From assembly GCF_041146345.1 (NCBI RefSeq), contig NW_027191404.1:868001-932000 (forward strand): DNA of 64,000 bases, written 5' to 3'. The notes under the pieces are model-generated. The model did not search any database. It was not told the DNA's origin and worked only from the letters and a program-made list of their open reading frames with translations. This document shows, piece by piece, positions 11,335 to 24,389 of the stretch. Made by a program: the position numbers and the translations under genes. This DNA comes from Neodothiora populina. Taxonomy: Eukaryota. Within the stretch, counting starts at the first letter, position 1. Every line of letters starts with the position of its first letter.

Positions 11335-11917
11335 ATGGCCCAAAACAGCCCTGATAGGGTAAGCTTACATGTTACTTGTCGCAATATATCATGTGATCGA
11401 TTGACTAACGTAAAAGTAGTCGCAACTCATTCAGGCATATATGTTGCTGCACTCTCAACAAACCCATGTTCGACGAAGACTCTCGCAGGACTCTATGAGC
11501 TCGGTCACATCCAATACATCCGAGTCATCAAATTCTACTTCATCGTCACCAACAATGTCTCCCTCGTCTCCTTCATCTCCGATGGTGTCTCGACGTGATT
11601 CAAGATCGCACAGAATGTCATCGTCACCTTCGTCTCGCCGACCCAGCATCGAACCGATTCCTGAACTACCAGAGGCCGAGACATCTGCTCTCGCGCTCTC
11701 GAATGATGAAATCAAGCTTGCAGATCTTTCGAACAGAATCAAATCTACCTTGACGGATCTGATCAATTGCAATGGTGTTAGAGGAGACATGAGGATGAGG
11801 AACTGGGTTGCGACACGACTGATGGATGTCGAGCACGAAATCAAAGACTCCAGGAGGCGTCGTCACAGTGCTGATGCAGCTCAAGTCGGCGCTATTGCTG
11901 CTTCTCTTCGCGAGTGA
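11335..11917 (+). CDS. Small Ser-rich fungal hypothetical protein (~173 aa); exons 11335-11358 and 11420-11917
   Basis: ATG in ACAATGG context. Intron GTAAGC..GACTAAC..TAG joins MAQNSPDR in frame to SQLIQAYM. Helical C-terminus IKSTLTDLINCNGVRGDMRMRNWVATRLMDVE. TATATAA at 11101. Confidence 0.8.
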
Positions 11918-14522
11918 GATGGACCTCGATTCCACATGGACCAAAAGAAAACCACCGAAATTCGGTGCTGGAGAATGGCTGGCTGGACCTACCATTACTA
12001 TGATTATTTGGGGACTGGTGTTGGTTATTGAGGGCGGCTGTATTTCTTGTTGCATTATACCCCTGTTTCGCTCATACGATCATTGCCATCATGGAGATAG
12101 CATTCTCATTATAGCCATCGCAAATTCACTTTTATTTCTAAGACTTACAGAACATATTTGGACTGTGTCGCTGTGACGTAGCTCTCCATGGAGACAGAGT
12201 AGCAAACAATCTGTCAACCTTGTTCTGAAGCTATATCGATTCGACATTGAAAGATTCAGTACTCGCCATGATGTCGTGATCTCTGCATCATCGTCCAATG
12301 GATAAGGCTGATTTTGGTAGATGAAGCTGCCCTCTTCTGATGATAGAGGAGAGAATCGATACAGCCAACGATGGCAGGAGGCACATGTTGTGTGACGATA
12401 CAATACCGCCATTGCCGTTGCCTCTAATATCTACCAGGTGACAACTAGATCAGAAGGCCATGTTTACTCGTTGCGGCCATCGTAGTTTATATATTCCGTG
12501 GTGACAATCTCCCTGCATCAACGGCAATGCCCACAGGGGGTTCGGCGTAAAGAACAGTAGATACTACCCGACGATCCCTGTCGCGTAATGAGAAGGAGCA
12601 GTATGTCCAACGGCGCAATAAGATAATACGCTGAGCTAAGGGGTTTGTCTTTTTTAGATAGGGCTCTATTCCATAACTCTTCCCTGCCTTCCCCCGAGGG
12701 CATGAGAGCGCAATCTGGATGTTCTGTCCTATAGGCGTTCGAAGGAAGGCGAAAGGTTCCACAGCCGTTGGTTATGGTAATTATTGCCAAGGTTCAGGGA
12801 ACACAGATTAGGGAAACAAACCTCAGCAACGTGCTGCAACCATTCCTGCTTGACCAGGGCGAAGCAATCGATCTCAATTTCGCACGAATGGGTCAAGACA
12901 GCTAAACTGCTGTCGCGGCCTCATTAGCTGGGCCGTTCCGAGTATTCCTAATAGCAGCTTTTGTTCAGTAGAGCTTAGTTTGACATATAGGACGCCGCAG
13001 TTTTAGAATAATGGGCCTTATCTAATCCATAGACGACAAACTTCCGTCCTTCGTCGTTGCTATATTATCATCGGCCAACCGTTATGCTCACAGTCATGAT
13101 CATAAAACTTTAACGAAATATAGTCCATTCAACATACTTCATGCCAATACACAAAAGCTCTGCCCAGAGGCGTTGTAAGAAGCCAAGGCATCGACATAGC
13201 AAGCAATATTTGCGTTGAGTTTCTGCGCTAGATGAGTGGCAAATGGCGACATGCGATAAAGTGGGCGGACGACAAGGCCTCGTGGTGAGAGAGTGCGTGC
13301 AAGCCACGAATCGCTAAGGTTCCTATTATTATGTCCATGTATCATTTTAGACGTAGAATGTTGAGTGACCCAAGGTACCTTGGCCTATACATCATGAACT
13401 TGGCCGGGGTGAGTCAGTGTTTACGAGCGCCATCCCACACAGGGCGAATGACCAGGCACTTCGGGAGATTTTCAGTCGCTAAGAATAGTATGGATGGCGG
13501 CGCCCCGCTTCGATGGAGAGATGTCCTGCAGGTGCTTGCGGAATACAGCTGTGAAATCCCAAATTTCCTGGCACGGCAGTAACTGCAAGCTGAAGTGAAG
13601 CCGTTGGCGGACCGCGTAAGCTTACCCTCTTGGGGGTTACAGCTTGCGCAGGTACGCGCAGTGGCCGTTTGAATCTACTATTTGGGGCCTACGCTGCGTT
13701 TATGCTTCTCGATAAGGACCAACATGCCAAAAAAGAATTCGATGTGGCACAATAGCTAGAGAAGCATACCGAGGCTGTCAGTTGAGAAACAACGACAGGA
13801 ACATGTCCGTTATGGTTGGGGCAATGGAGATCCTGCATGTCTAGACGAGTCTCGCATAAGGCCTAAACTTGTGTCGCGGAGATTAGATGACTAGTAATCA
13901 CTAGACTTCCCGCGTATGGCTAACTCTAGTTCATGAATGGGTCTTCGCACCTCGCTTCCTTCTGCTGTGCTTACAAGATAGAAAGAACATACTTAGCAGT
14001 AAGCCCGTGGTCGCCGTGATGTGATGAGACGTTCAGGCGTTCTTGTCATGTCTTGGGGTGCGCATGGAGCTTGCCCGTTTCTGATGCGACCATCTGCTAG
14101 GCGGCGAGTCGCAGGACCAACAAGAAGACGAATGATCAACCTGCCGTAATGAGGTGAAGGGCTCTAGCCAATACCACAGCAATCGCTAGCTGAGAAGGGT
14201 CACATCGCCTTATGCGGTACCTGGCACTAATCGTTAGCGCCATGCCAATGGCTTGAACCGTCAGGGGCCTTGAGCGCTCTGACCGTTCATCAACCAAACG
14301 CCACAGAATGCTTTCGTTAGCGCATCCAGGTCACTCATATATCTATCTCTCTTGGACCATCATTCTCTCGTTTTCTCTCACCCACACTCACTCACTAATA
14401 ATCAATTCACACTCGACTTCGGTCTCGCATTCGTTAAAAAATAACAAATCGCTTAATACACCTGCTCTTTCAACAACTTTAAAACACCTTTTCCGTTTAC
14501 CGAACACCTACCAATAATCAAA

Positions 14523-15006
14523 ATGAAGGTCACTTTCGCCGCCGTTGCCCTCGCCGCCGTCTCTGGTGCTGCCGCTGCCTCCAACGACACTGTCGCCTAC
14601 GTGACCGAGGTTGTCACTGCCTTCACCACCTACTGGTAAGTTCTGATACAGGACGATGCTTCTCAATCGTGCTCCGACTAACACCCATGACAGCCCTGTG
14701 GCCACCACTCTCACCCACGGCAGCAAGACCTACACTGTCAGCGAGGCTACCACCCTCACCATCACTGACTGCCCTTGCACCGTCACCAAGCCTGCCAGCA
14801 GCCCTGTTGCCCCCGTCGCTGTCAGCTCTGCTCCTTACGCTTACTCCAACGGCACCACTGCCGCTGTCACCCCTGCCGGTACCGCTGCTGCCAGCGGCAC
14901 CCAGTCTGGTGGCAAGACCACCTCCACCTTCGCTGGCGCTGCTGCTGCCAACCAGGCCGGTATGGGTCTCGCTGCCATCATGGGCCTTGCTGCCTTCGCC
15001 CTTTAA
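14523..15006 (+). CDS. Small GPI-anchored cell wall protein, CCG-6/Mmc-like; exons 14523-14635 and 14694-15006
   Basis: Signal peptide MKVTFAAVALAAV. VTEVVTAFTTYCP...TYTVSEATTLTITDCPCT motif. Hydrophobic GPI tail GMGLAAIMGLAAFAL. Strongly C-ending codons suggest high expression. Confidence 0.9.
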
Positions 15007-17042
15007 GTGTCTTAATGTGACGTCGGGGATGGTTGAGGGAAGGAGACGGCGACGTTTTTTCGTCTCCGACCCTCGGATCGTGGTTTCTTTCAGCGCAACT
15101 TTGTAGGGCTCGTGGATGAGTCACGGCATGAGATCTTTCATCAACTTTGCAGCGGCTCTTCTCCACATCGGGTTGGCCTTTTTTTGGTTTCATCCATCTA
15201 ATTAATGAGTCTCGCTCTATACCAGGGAGCGAAGACATTGAAGTTTCCTTGCGCGGGTGTTTTTATCGGGCTTGCTGTCAATATAGACGGTGGCGACGGA
15301 ATAGCTTTTGCTAAGTCCTAGCGCTACTCTGTACAGAGAATGGTAGTTACTTCATGGCTTGTACGATACAGATCAAACAAATCCATGTATATCAGTCAAA
15401 AGAAAGACATTCATACTCTGCTGGCAGCCCGAAGTTTTTGGCCCGGCGATGCTTCTACGGGTCCTGGCTTGCTTCGATTCTGCTCCAAAGTTGTGCAATG
15501 ACCCTTGACGTACGTGCGATGATGATGCGTTGTTCGAAATATGGCTCCCAATTGATCTGAGCGAATGACCTCAGGCCAGAGTGTAGACGACGAATGCACA
15601 GTGTCAGATTGATATCGAGAGGCAGTTGTACGTGCTTTGCTTGATTGTGATTAAGGCCAACAACCATTTCTCATGCTTTGATATGCTTCTACAACTTCAC
15701 CATACATGCTGGCGGACCGTCTCGCCGTGCTCTCGCTTGAGTGACGCTAACTTGCGTTCTTCCATCGACATTACCTCTCTCATCTTGCTGATCGCAATCA
15801 TTTCCGAAACGCATCTCAGATCTGATGTAAAAAGGACGCGCAAAGAAGGGTCCCACAGGCGCAAGGCTGGAAGTCCCGGAAGCGAAGTGGAGTTGAGCCT
15901 TATGGGGCCGTGCTGAATAACCTCGTTTCAGAGTGGTAGGACCTGCTTTGCTCATGATAAGGCAAGATCGCGTCCATGTCTGTCTGGCTGCGTGATGGCC
16001 TGAGGCTGCTAATGCGCTTGCTCACAATATGTGATCGAAGATAAAGATCGTAGATTAAACAGTGCAAACTCGCGTTGGATGCAGCTCTTTCGGCGCTCTT
16101 GGTACAGAATTGCCATGATCTGATACGGACATCCATTCTCACAGATACAGTAGACATCCATTCGCAGCATTGAGTGTTGGCCTATCTCTGGTCGACCTAC
16201 TGATCATACAATGCTCCACGCAAGTTCTGTAATTTGCGTGTGATGCTGGTAAGAACTCAGCTTGTTTCGTGTTTCTGGGGTTGGTGCTACGTCAACATGA
16301 AGACATTCGAAAGATTTGCCGAATTAATTGCTTTCGACCCGGTTTACAAGAAGGAATGATTCCCATAGCACAAGAGAATTTGCAAAGCTGCGTCGCCGAA
16401 TCCCGAAACCTCAATGGCCGGCGGCCATGACTTGACAAGGAGTAAGCCCATGAGTATCGTGAGATAAAGGACGCCACCCGCATTGCTTTTCTGCGAGACA
16501 GCCAGCCTTAGTAGGAGAGGTCTGTAGGAGAGCGAGAGGCCAGAACGATGTTCCTTGGTGGTACGAACCAAGACCCCTCATTCCCGGCGATTGGCGTTGA
16601 AGCTTAAGCAGTTCCAAGCATGCACATGCGACTCAAGACTTCTTCCAGCACAACAAGCAAATAGCAAGTCAAGAGCATAAGCCTAATCAACATGGTCAAC
16701 CATGATAATCACTCCATCATGCAGCATTAGCGTTCTGTCGGAATTGAGCGACACACACAGGTGACATGAGGCAAACCGAGCTGTTCTAGAAACCGGGCTA
16801 CAGATAAGACGCAGGCGAAGCAACCAATGATAGGCGCCCGTCTTCGATGTACACTTTAACGGCTGATCAGCCATGTGGTATCAGACCCATACGACCACTT
16901 TCGTCTTATCTGCAGTGCTCGGGATATTCGTAAAGGGTTTACTCAGCTGTCATCATGAATATAGATATCGAGTCGCGATGCTCCAGATTCTAAATTCTGT
17001 CTTCGTCGCTGTGTTTGTGTCATTCATTGCATACTCGCAAAC

Positions 17043-18891
17043 ATGAAATACATTCCTAAAGTTTCGTTACCGTCGAAGCAGACGGTGAAGGAAAGATGCA
17101 CTACTGTGAGTGCATGGAGACTACCAAAGGAAACGTCCACCATCGCGCCTAAGTATGTCTGGACGAATAAAGACATGGATCCTGTTCCTCCGGAGGACCA
17201 GACATGGTCTATGTGGACATGGATGGCCTATTGGGCAACGGATACCATCAATCTGGGAACATGGGAAACCGCAAGTTCCATCATCTCTATCGGTCTTACA
17301 TGGCGTGACGCAATACCAATCATGGTGGTTGGAACCTTTTGCGTGGCCATTCCCATGGTCCTCAACGGAGCGTAAGTTGTCGACAATACCGAGCTTTACT
17401 CTTGCCCAATGCTAACTTTGCGACAGTATTGGTGCCCATCTCCATGTTCCTTTCAGTGTCATTGTCCGATCCGGGTTCGGCTACTACTTTGGTTACTTCT
17501 GTATCCTCAGTCGTTGTATCCTCGCCATGTTCTGGCTCGGTATTCAGGGCGCCAATGGAGCCCTCGCAATGCAGATCATGATCCAGGCCATCTGGCCCAG
17601 CTTCGCAAGCTACGTCGATGGACCCAACAATCACTTGGACCTAAAGGCTTCCGGTATAACCAGCGGTGGCATGATTGCATACTTTCTGTTTTGGATCATT
17701 CAGCTGCCATTGCTGCTTATTCCTCCCACCCGCCTGCGATATCTCTTCATTGTGAAGCTTATTGCCGCTCCTGTGACAGCTGTAGCGTATGTGCACCATG
17801 CCTGTCAAATCTGGTAACCTTCGCTAATGTCATCTAGAACCATGGGTTACATGGTACACAAGGCCGGTGGTGGCGGTGCCATCTTCAATCTTCCAAGCAC
17901 TGTCCCTGCTGACCAGAAGGCATGGGCCTGGCTCTCATGCATGTCTGCTGTGACAGGTTCGTGGGCAACTTTGGCATGCAACATTCCTGACTTCAGTCGT
18001 TACGCCAAGTCTCGACCAGATGGAAAGGAAAACAAAGCACAGTACATTCAGCTACCTTTCCTTCCTTTAATCTTCACAGTTTGTGGTGTCCTCGGTATCG
18101 TGACTACCTCGGCGTCGAAGGTCGTCTATGGAGAGTTCTACTGGAACCCTCTGAACATTGTCGAGGAGTGGTTGAAGAACGGACATGCCGGTCGCGCAGC
18201 TGCTTTCTTCGCTGCTCTATCCTGGTATATCGCCCAGGTCGGTACCAACATCACAGCCAACTCCATCTCCGCTGCGAACGACATGTGCGTTCTCTTCCCA
18301 CGCTACATCAACATCAGACGCGGCTGTATCGTCGCCGCCGTCATCTCCGCCTGGGTCATGGTTCCCTGGAAGATCCTTAACTCCGCGAGCACCTTCCTCA
18401 GCTTCATGGGCGGATACGCCGTCTTCCTTGCTCCCATGGCAGGCATCATGGCAGCCGACTACTGGTTCGTCAAACGCCGCCACATCGACGTCCCTGCATT
18501 GTACGACCCCTATGGACGTTACAGATACTGGTACGGAATCAACTGGCAAGCCTTTGTCGCCTTCATCGTTCCAGTGACTCCTCTTCTGCCTGGTCTCGCC
18601 AATTCGATCAACGGCGCCTATATCGGCACCGGCCTCGTCCATCTCTACAGCTTCGACTGGCTATTTGGGTTCGTCGTGTCGATCTTCTTGTACACGTCGT
18701 TGAGTCTCCTCTTTCCACACAAGGAGTCTCTCATCTCACAGTCCATCTACTCGCTCGAAGTCGTCGAGGGCAAAGCGGCGAGCTCCGATAGGGACGTCGA
18801 GGGCGAGAGCGTCACTATTCACGAGAAGAACCCCGATAGCCGCAAGGGCTTTGGAAACGTCGATGCTGTCGATCTCGGCAAGGACTTTTAG
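17043..18891 (+). CDS. NCS1-family nucleobase/allantoin permease (Fur4/Dal4-like); introns 17372-17426 and 17787-17837
   Basis: WTNKDMDPVPP, R-S-GFG, NIPDFSRY, GTNITANSISAAND, P.YINIRRG, PWK and FLAPMAGIMAADY motifs. Both canonical introns restore the frame. Confidence 0.93.
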
Positions 18892-19624
18892 ATTGGCCAT
18901 TAATGTCACGCGAATGTGGGGATTAGACAAGGAAGTACTTCTTTTGCTATCTATTGTCACTTACATTAGACCGACTTTTTTTTGGAGCCACCAGGAAGGA
19001 TGATCCTAGTGAAGAGTGGAGGCTGGCATGTCTGATATAAAAGGATACCATATGTAGGACGGACACACGAGGGGATTTTTGCTATTGCGACGCTGTTTGA
19101 AGATATATATGACTTTACGAACGAATTTTATTCTATTTTCTTTTCAGTCTTGGTCACTCTTACCGTTTATGCATGCATTTCCGTAACAGTGTAAAGGAAA
19201 GTCCCTCTATTCGAGGTTATACAAGCTAGGTGTGGGTGCCGTGCGCTTTCTGCCAAGTGAGAAAGTGGCATTTGTCTGATCAGACAAAGGAAATGAGCTC
19301 CGCCTGACTTTTTCCATCGTTGATGGCAATGGATATCTGAGGGTCTATGCATAACAATAGAGAAGCAACAATGTCGGGTTTCTCGAGTATTGTTTGTATA
19401 CGTTTTCATATATTTCAGACTCTAGATAGACAAGGTGGCTTTCTCCTGCTCGCTGAACGCATGAACACAGGGAAGAATATATGGCACAGTCTCGTCGTCT
19501 GTACATGACGAGACAAGAAGAAGAAGAAGAAGGCTATGACAATGCCACAACCGCTGCTTATGCCGCTGCTGCTGCTGCCGATGATGCGTATACCCACCTC
19601 CTCTCCTCACATCTCCCGACTAGT

Positions 19625-20806
19625 CTAGTCAAACATCCTTGTCATGGCCTTCTGCGCAAGCTCGACACCCAAGAATGTCGCTGCGTTTGCGGGCACTGCT
19701 CGCGCCATGGCGGGGCCAAAGCCAGGGAAAAACGCCTTGAAGCCGCCTCTGGCCCAGACCTCCCTGACCACACCGCCCATGGTAGGTCTGCCTTCTGCAG
19801 ACTGCAGCTTGCTCTTGATGGTGTCGACGGGGAAGACAGGGATCCACATGGCGACACCGGCCGCGCCTCCCGCTGCCATGACGGCCGTCAGGCTCAATTG
19901 GCCCGGCGAGCCGTCCTCGTTGCGAGGGGTCAGTTTTCGCTTGATGATCTCGTAGGTGGCGAAGTAAGCTGCGCTGCCCGGGCCGTCTCTGGCGAGCGTC
20001 ATGGCCGAGCCGCGGAAGACGGACCTCAAGCCGCCTTCTTTGTATAGCTGGCGCACCACGTCTGTTCCGCCCGAGTACTTTGGCTTCTCGCCTGGTGCGA
20101 GCTGTTTCTGTCCTTGGATCTGGAGGAGCACTTTGACGCGCTCGAATGGCGCCGTGATTAGTGTCATGGGGATGGCGGAGAAGAAACCTGCTGCTGAGAT
20201 CTGCGCAACGGAGAAATGGTCCTGGTGCACTTCACTGAATGAGCGCACGAGTTGCTTGCCGACATCGTAACCCTGTGGGATGTCAGTCAGTGAGCGTGAG
20301 CCAGCAAGGAAGGTCTGCGCAGATCATCGTACCCAAAAGCTCACGGCGACTGTGAAATAGAGTCAGTCTTGTATTAGAGTATTGATTGTCTATGATTGCA
20401 AACTCACACATGGGCGTTACACCGACTAAAGGCGCAGAGACACCGGCGTAGAGACCCTATCACACACAGCTGCCAATCAGCTTCGTTCCCTTCTCTGTCA
20501 CAAGCCGTGACTTATACATAAAGGACACATGCGACTGACCCTCGCAAGACCTTCTCTGGCAATCGTCTTCCGAACAACATCCATAGCACCGGTGTAAACT
20601 CCCTTCTCAGCAGTCTGTAACCGCACTTTGACGAGATCAAAAGGGTGTCCGACAACGACGGCGCATACACCTCCCACGCCGCCTGCCGCGAGCGCCCGTA
20701 GACTTTGTGCAGTGGACTTGGTCGCCTCGACCACATCCTGCTTGACTTCCTCCTTCGACGGCAGGCTAGGAGTGGGTATCGTCGGGGTCGACGATGAAGA
20801 AGACAT
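19625..20806 (-). CDS. CRC1: Mitochondrial carnitine/acylcarnitine carrier; exons 20806-20540, 20456-20408, 20349-20333 and 20272-19625
   Basis: Three carrier signature repeats (PFDLVKVRLQ, PFERVKVLLQ, PVDTIKSKLQ). Carnitine-carrier motifs GVTPMFAVSFWG, ARDGPGSAAYF and RAVPANAATF. Confidence 0.93.
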
Positions 20807-21068
20807 GGCTGTGGTTTAGTCTGGGGGTGCTTTCGCCGAGATGTGGAGATGTGGAGGGGGACGAAACAGAAGGAGCTTCTTGTTTATGATCTTAACAGAT
20901 ACTGGTAGCAGAGAATAACCAAGGATCGGAAGAGATCAGCAGTGAAAAGGACAGCAAGGCTATGTGAGAAGAGTGATAAAGATCCAAAAGTGATGGCGAT
21001 TATTTGTTAACAATATTGATTGATTATTGCATGTGATTCCGCCCGCTGTTCTCACTGTTTCTCCAACT

Positions 21069-21132
21069 CCTCGGGCAAACGTTTTCCAAGAATCTGGGGC
21101 TAGTGACATCGTGTTGCGCTCTTGTACCGAGG
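21069..21132. promoter_or_regulatory. Two FarA/CTF1-type CCGAGG elements upstream of the carnitine carrier
   Basis: CCTCGG at 21069-21074 and CCGAGG at 21127-21132, about 260-330 bp upstream of the ATG. Confidence 0.55.
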
Positions 21133-21396
21133 TTCCCCAGACCCTTGTCGGACTCTGTTGCTTTGCCGCGGCCGAGTGGGATGTTTTCCATCAATATGCA
21201 GCCGAGAGAACATGAAAGTCCAGACCCAGGATGAAGAAGCTTATTAGTATGACAATAGACGGCCGTCTGGAAGCAGAATGTACAATTACAGTTTTGGTAG
21301 GTAAATAGTATATGTCTATTGAGATATCACTGCACACTGAATGAATCTGACCACATCCACCTGGACCTGCCGTGGAAAAAGACATGGCGACCTCTC

Positions 21397-22282
21397 TTAC
21401 AAGGTGATGCCTCCGTCCAGCACAATGTTCTGACCAGTCATTGAAGTACATAGCGCAAGCCCTCTGACTTGCAGCGCGACATCCTGCGATTCTGATCAGA
21501 AGCTCATCCTACCAAACACACTTTGACATGCAGGCCTTACCTCTACCGTGGCAAGCCTCTTGAGCTTGCTCTTTTGCATCGTTGCAGCAATCTTGTCTCT
21601 AGGGAAGGAGAGTCCCCAGTCGGTAAGCATCAGACCAGGAGACACACTGTTGACTCTGATCTTGGGCGCGCAGATGAGCGCAAGTCCCTTTGTCATGTGT
21701 ATCAAGGCGGCCTTGGTAGTGGAGTATGGTAGGGAACTCCCGCTGGCTGTGATACCTGCCACGCTGGCAGTGGTGATGATGACGCCCTCGGTCTTTTCTA
21801 GGTGTGGTTTGGCAGCGTATGCCAACCACATGTGCGATTTGACGTTGTACAAGTAGCATCTGTCCCAGTCGTCTTCGTTGACCTGATCGTCAATGTTCAT
21901 GAAGTCGGTCATTCGCGTCCAGCCGGCGTTGGATGCCACGACGTCCAGTCTACCCATGACCTTGATGGTCTCTTCTACCAATCGGTTCACGGATGCTTTG
22001 TCGCCCACATCTGCTTGGATTGCGTGGAAGCGCGGCGAGTCTGTAGTTGGCACGGTTGCAGGGATTTGGTTGAGCTCCTCGATGAGTGCTGAGGCGCGAG
22101 CGGCATTGCTGTTGTAATTGATGACCTGATAGTCGAGCTCCTATGAGTACTCTTGACTTTTTCGTCTTCGTCATGCCTATACGACTCACCACTCTGTAGT
22201 CTGGTGCGAAGGTGCGAGCGATCTGAGCGCCCAACCCCGCAGTGCCAGCAGTGACGAGAGCGACCTTCTGAGGAGCAGCCAT
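21397..22282 (-). CDS. Classical short-chain dehydrogenase/reductase; exons 22282-22190, 22125-21541 and 21483-21397
   Basis: VALVTAGTAGLG Rossmann motif, SNAG, catalytic S...YSTTK, IRVNSVSPG, and C-terminal MTGQNIVLDGG after splicing. Confidence 0.92.
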
Positions 22283-22938
22283 TTTGTTTCTCTCCGACTC
22301 TACAATTGGAAATGGAGCAGTAAACAAAGAAGAAACCTCAAACCAACCACGTCCTGGCAAATTATCCTCTATACCAGTGTCTGTGTCTACAATGAATGAT
22401 TGATAAATCATTTCGATAGCGGGGCATCTCCGCACGCGTCGGCCGCGTCGGGGGAGGAATGGAGACAAAAGATTCCCTGTAGAGCTTCAGGTCCCTCGGG
22501 CGAGATCGGCAGGGCCGACAGCTACATATCTTACCTTACTTGTGATGACTGAAAACTCTTATGAGCACCATCTCGAGGACTTGACAAACAGGATGATAGT
22601 GGTTCTCGACGAACACACATCTCTGTACTCAAGGACTTGTGATTGCGGCGCGGGAATATGTGACACAATAAGGGATTGATGAAAACGAGCACGACGAGTC
22701 GATTTCTCAAGGAAACAATGCCGATTTCGCACTGTCTTTGCTCCAATCCTTAGAGCTCCATCCGTTAAATGACGCCATCCACCAACCATTGAGCTTACAA
22801 AGTTACCTACCTTACTGTTTTGCCCCTACCACTCCGACGTGCCTGTGCCTGTGCCCGTGCCTGTGATTTGTATACTCTATAGACCAATGATTATCCAAAC
22901 TTTCTTCTCTTCATCAACACAACAAAGACACACACATA

Positions 22939-23955
22939 ATGGCATCCTTCCTCCGCTCCTCCGCTCCTCGCTCTATCGCACAGCAGGCATCTCGCTTCGC
23001 AGCAGTGCAGCAACCTCTGGCGGCCAGAACCAGAGCAGCTCCCTTTCTGTTCCGTCGCGGTCTGGCTAGCGCATCTGTTCCGGAGCAGCCTCGTCTGAGA
23101 CTGGGATCTGTAGCTCCTAACTTCAAGGCTTCTACTACACAGGTATGTTTTGTGTATGAGTAATCGACGACAGAGGACGAAAATGGGGGACTGGGAAATG
23201 GATGGAGACGAGCATGGAGATGGAGATGGAGATGGAGATGGAGATGGAGATGGAGGTGGAGATGGAGATGGACGGGAGACTGACATTTGTGTGATGAACA
23301 GGGAGATATTGACTTCCATCAATGGATCGCCGATAGCTGGGCCATTCTCTTCTCTCATCCAGCCGACTTTACTCCAGTCTGCACGACGGAGCTGGGAGCC
23401 TTTGCCAAGCTCAAGGACGAGTTTGAGAAGCGAGGAGTCAAGATGATTGGGCTCGTAAGTTGTTGTTTCCTGTCCATCTGATCTGATCCATAGAAGCTGA
23501 TGCAAAAACAAAAGTCCGCAAACGACATCGGCTCGCACGGCAAATGGATCGAAGACATCAACGAAATCTCAAACACCAACCTCTCCTTCCCCATCATCGG
23601 CGACGCGGACCGCAACGTTGCCTTCCTCTACGACATGATCACACAGGACGACCTCGAGAACGCCGGACGCGCGACGGCCTTCACCATCCGCTCCGTCTTC
23701 ATCATCGACCCCAGCAAGAAGATCCGTCTGACGATGATGTATCCTGCGTCGACGGGCCGCAACAGCGCCGAGGTGTTGAGGGTCATTGATTCGCTGCAGA
23801 CGGGCGACCAGAAGGGTGTCACTACGCCTATTGATTGGCAGGTCGGCGACGATGTCATTGTGCCTCCTACTGTCAGCACCGAGGACGCCAAGAAGAAGTT
23901 TGGAAAGGATAATGTCAGGGAGGTCAAGCCTTATTTGAGGTATACCACTATTTAG
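22939..23955 (+). CDS. PRX1: Mitochondrial 1-Cys peroxiredoxin; introns 23143-23301 and 23455-23514
   Basis: Arg/Ala/Ser-rich presequence. [10 protein letters not shown], active site [22 protein letters not shown] and TTPIDW. Confidence 0.95.
23214..23273 (+). repeat. (ATGGAG)~10 hexanucleotide repeat in prx1 intron 1
   Basis: Directly visible tandem repeat with two variant units. Confidence 0.95.
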
Positions 23956-24123
23956 AGCAGACAGATGCCACTCGCTGTCCATGTTTTGTTGAGCGTGTAT
24001 GTATAAAAGACCTAAAAGAGTGGAATGAACCAGGAACTTGCACAAGTCGCTCAGAAATGAACAGGTGACTGTACCAGACAGTACAAGACTTCACATCCTA
24101 GAGACGTCCATATCCGCATTTTG

Positions 24124-24327
24124 CTAGATACTACCAGAATGTGCGGCAGGCGCAGCACCGCCCTCTCTTGCAAAGCAGAACGCCTCGAGACTAGCCATGG
24201 CCAAGGCCAACCCTGACGAAGTTGTAGGCGCCCCTTGTTCGTCTCCACCGCTGTTCCGCGCACTCAGGAGAATAGCGTCAAAGTCCGTAGGCGGGGATGC
24301 TGATGAAATTGTAGATGTGAATGTAGG

Positions 24328-24389
<62 letters not shown>

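Noticed and set aside
23150..23446. GD-repeat ORF (and the antisense SP-repeat ORF)
   Set aside because: Translation of the intronic hexamer repeat in prx1.
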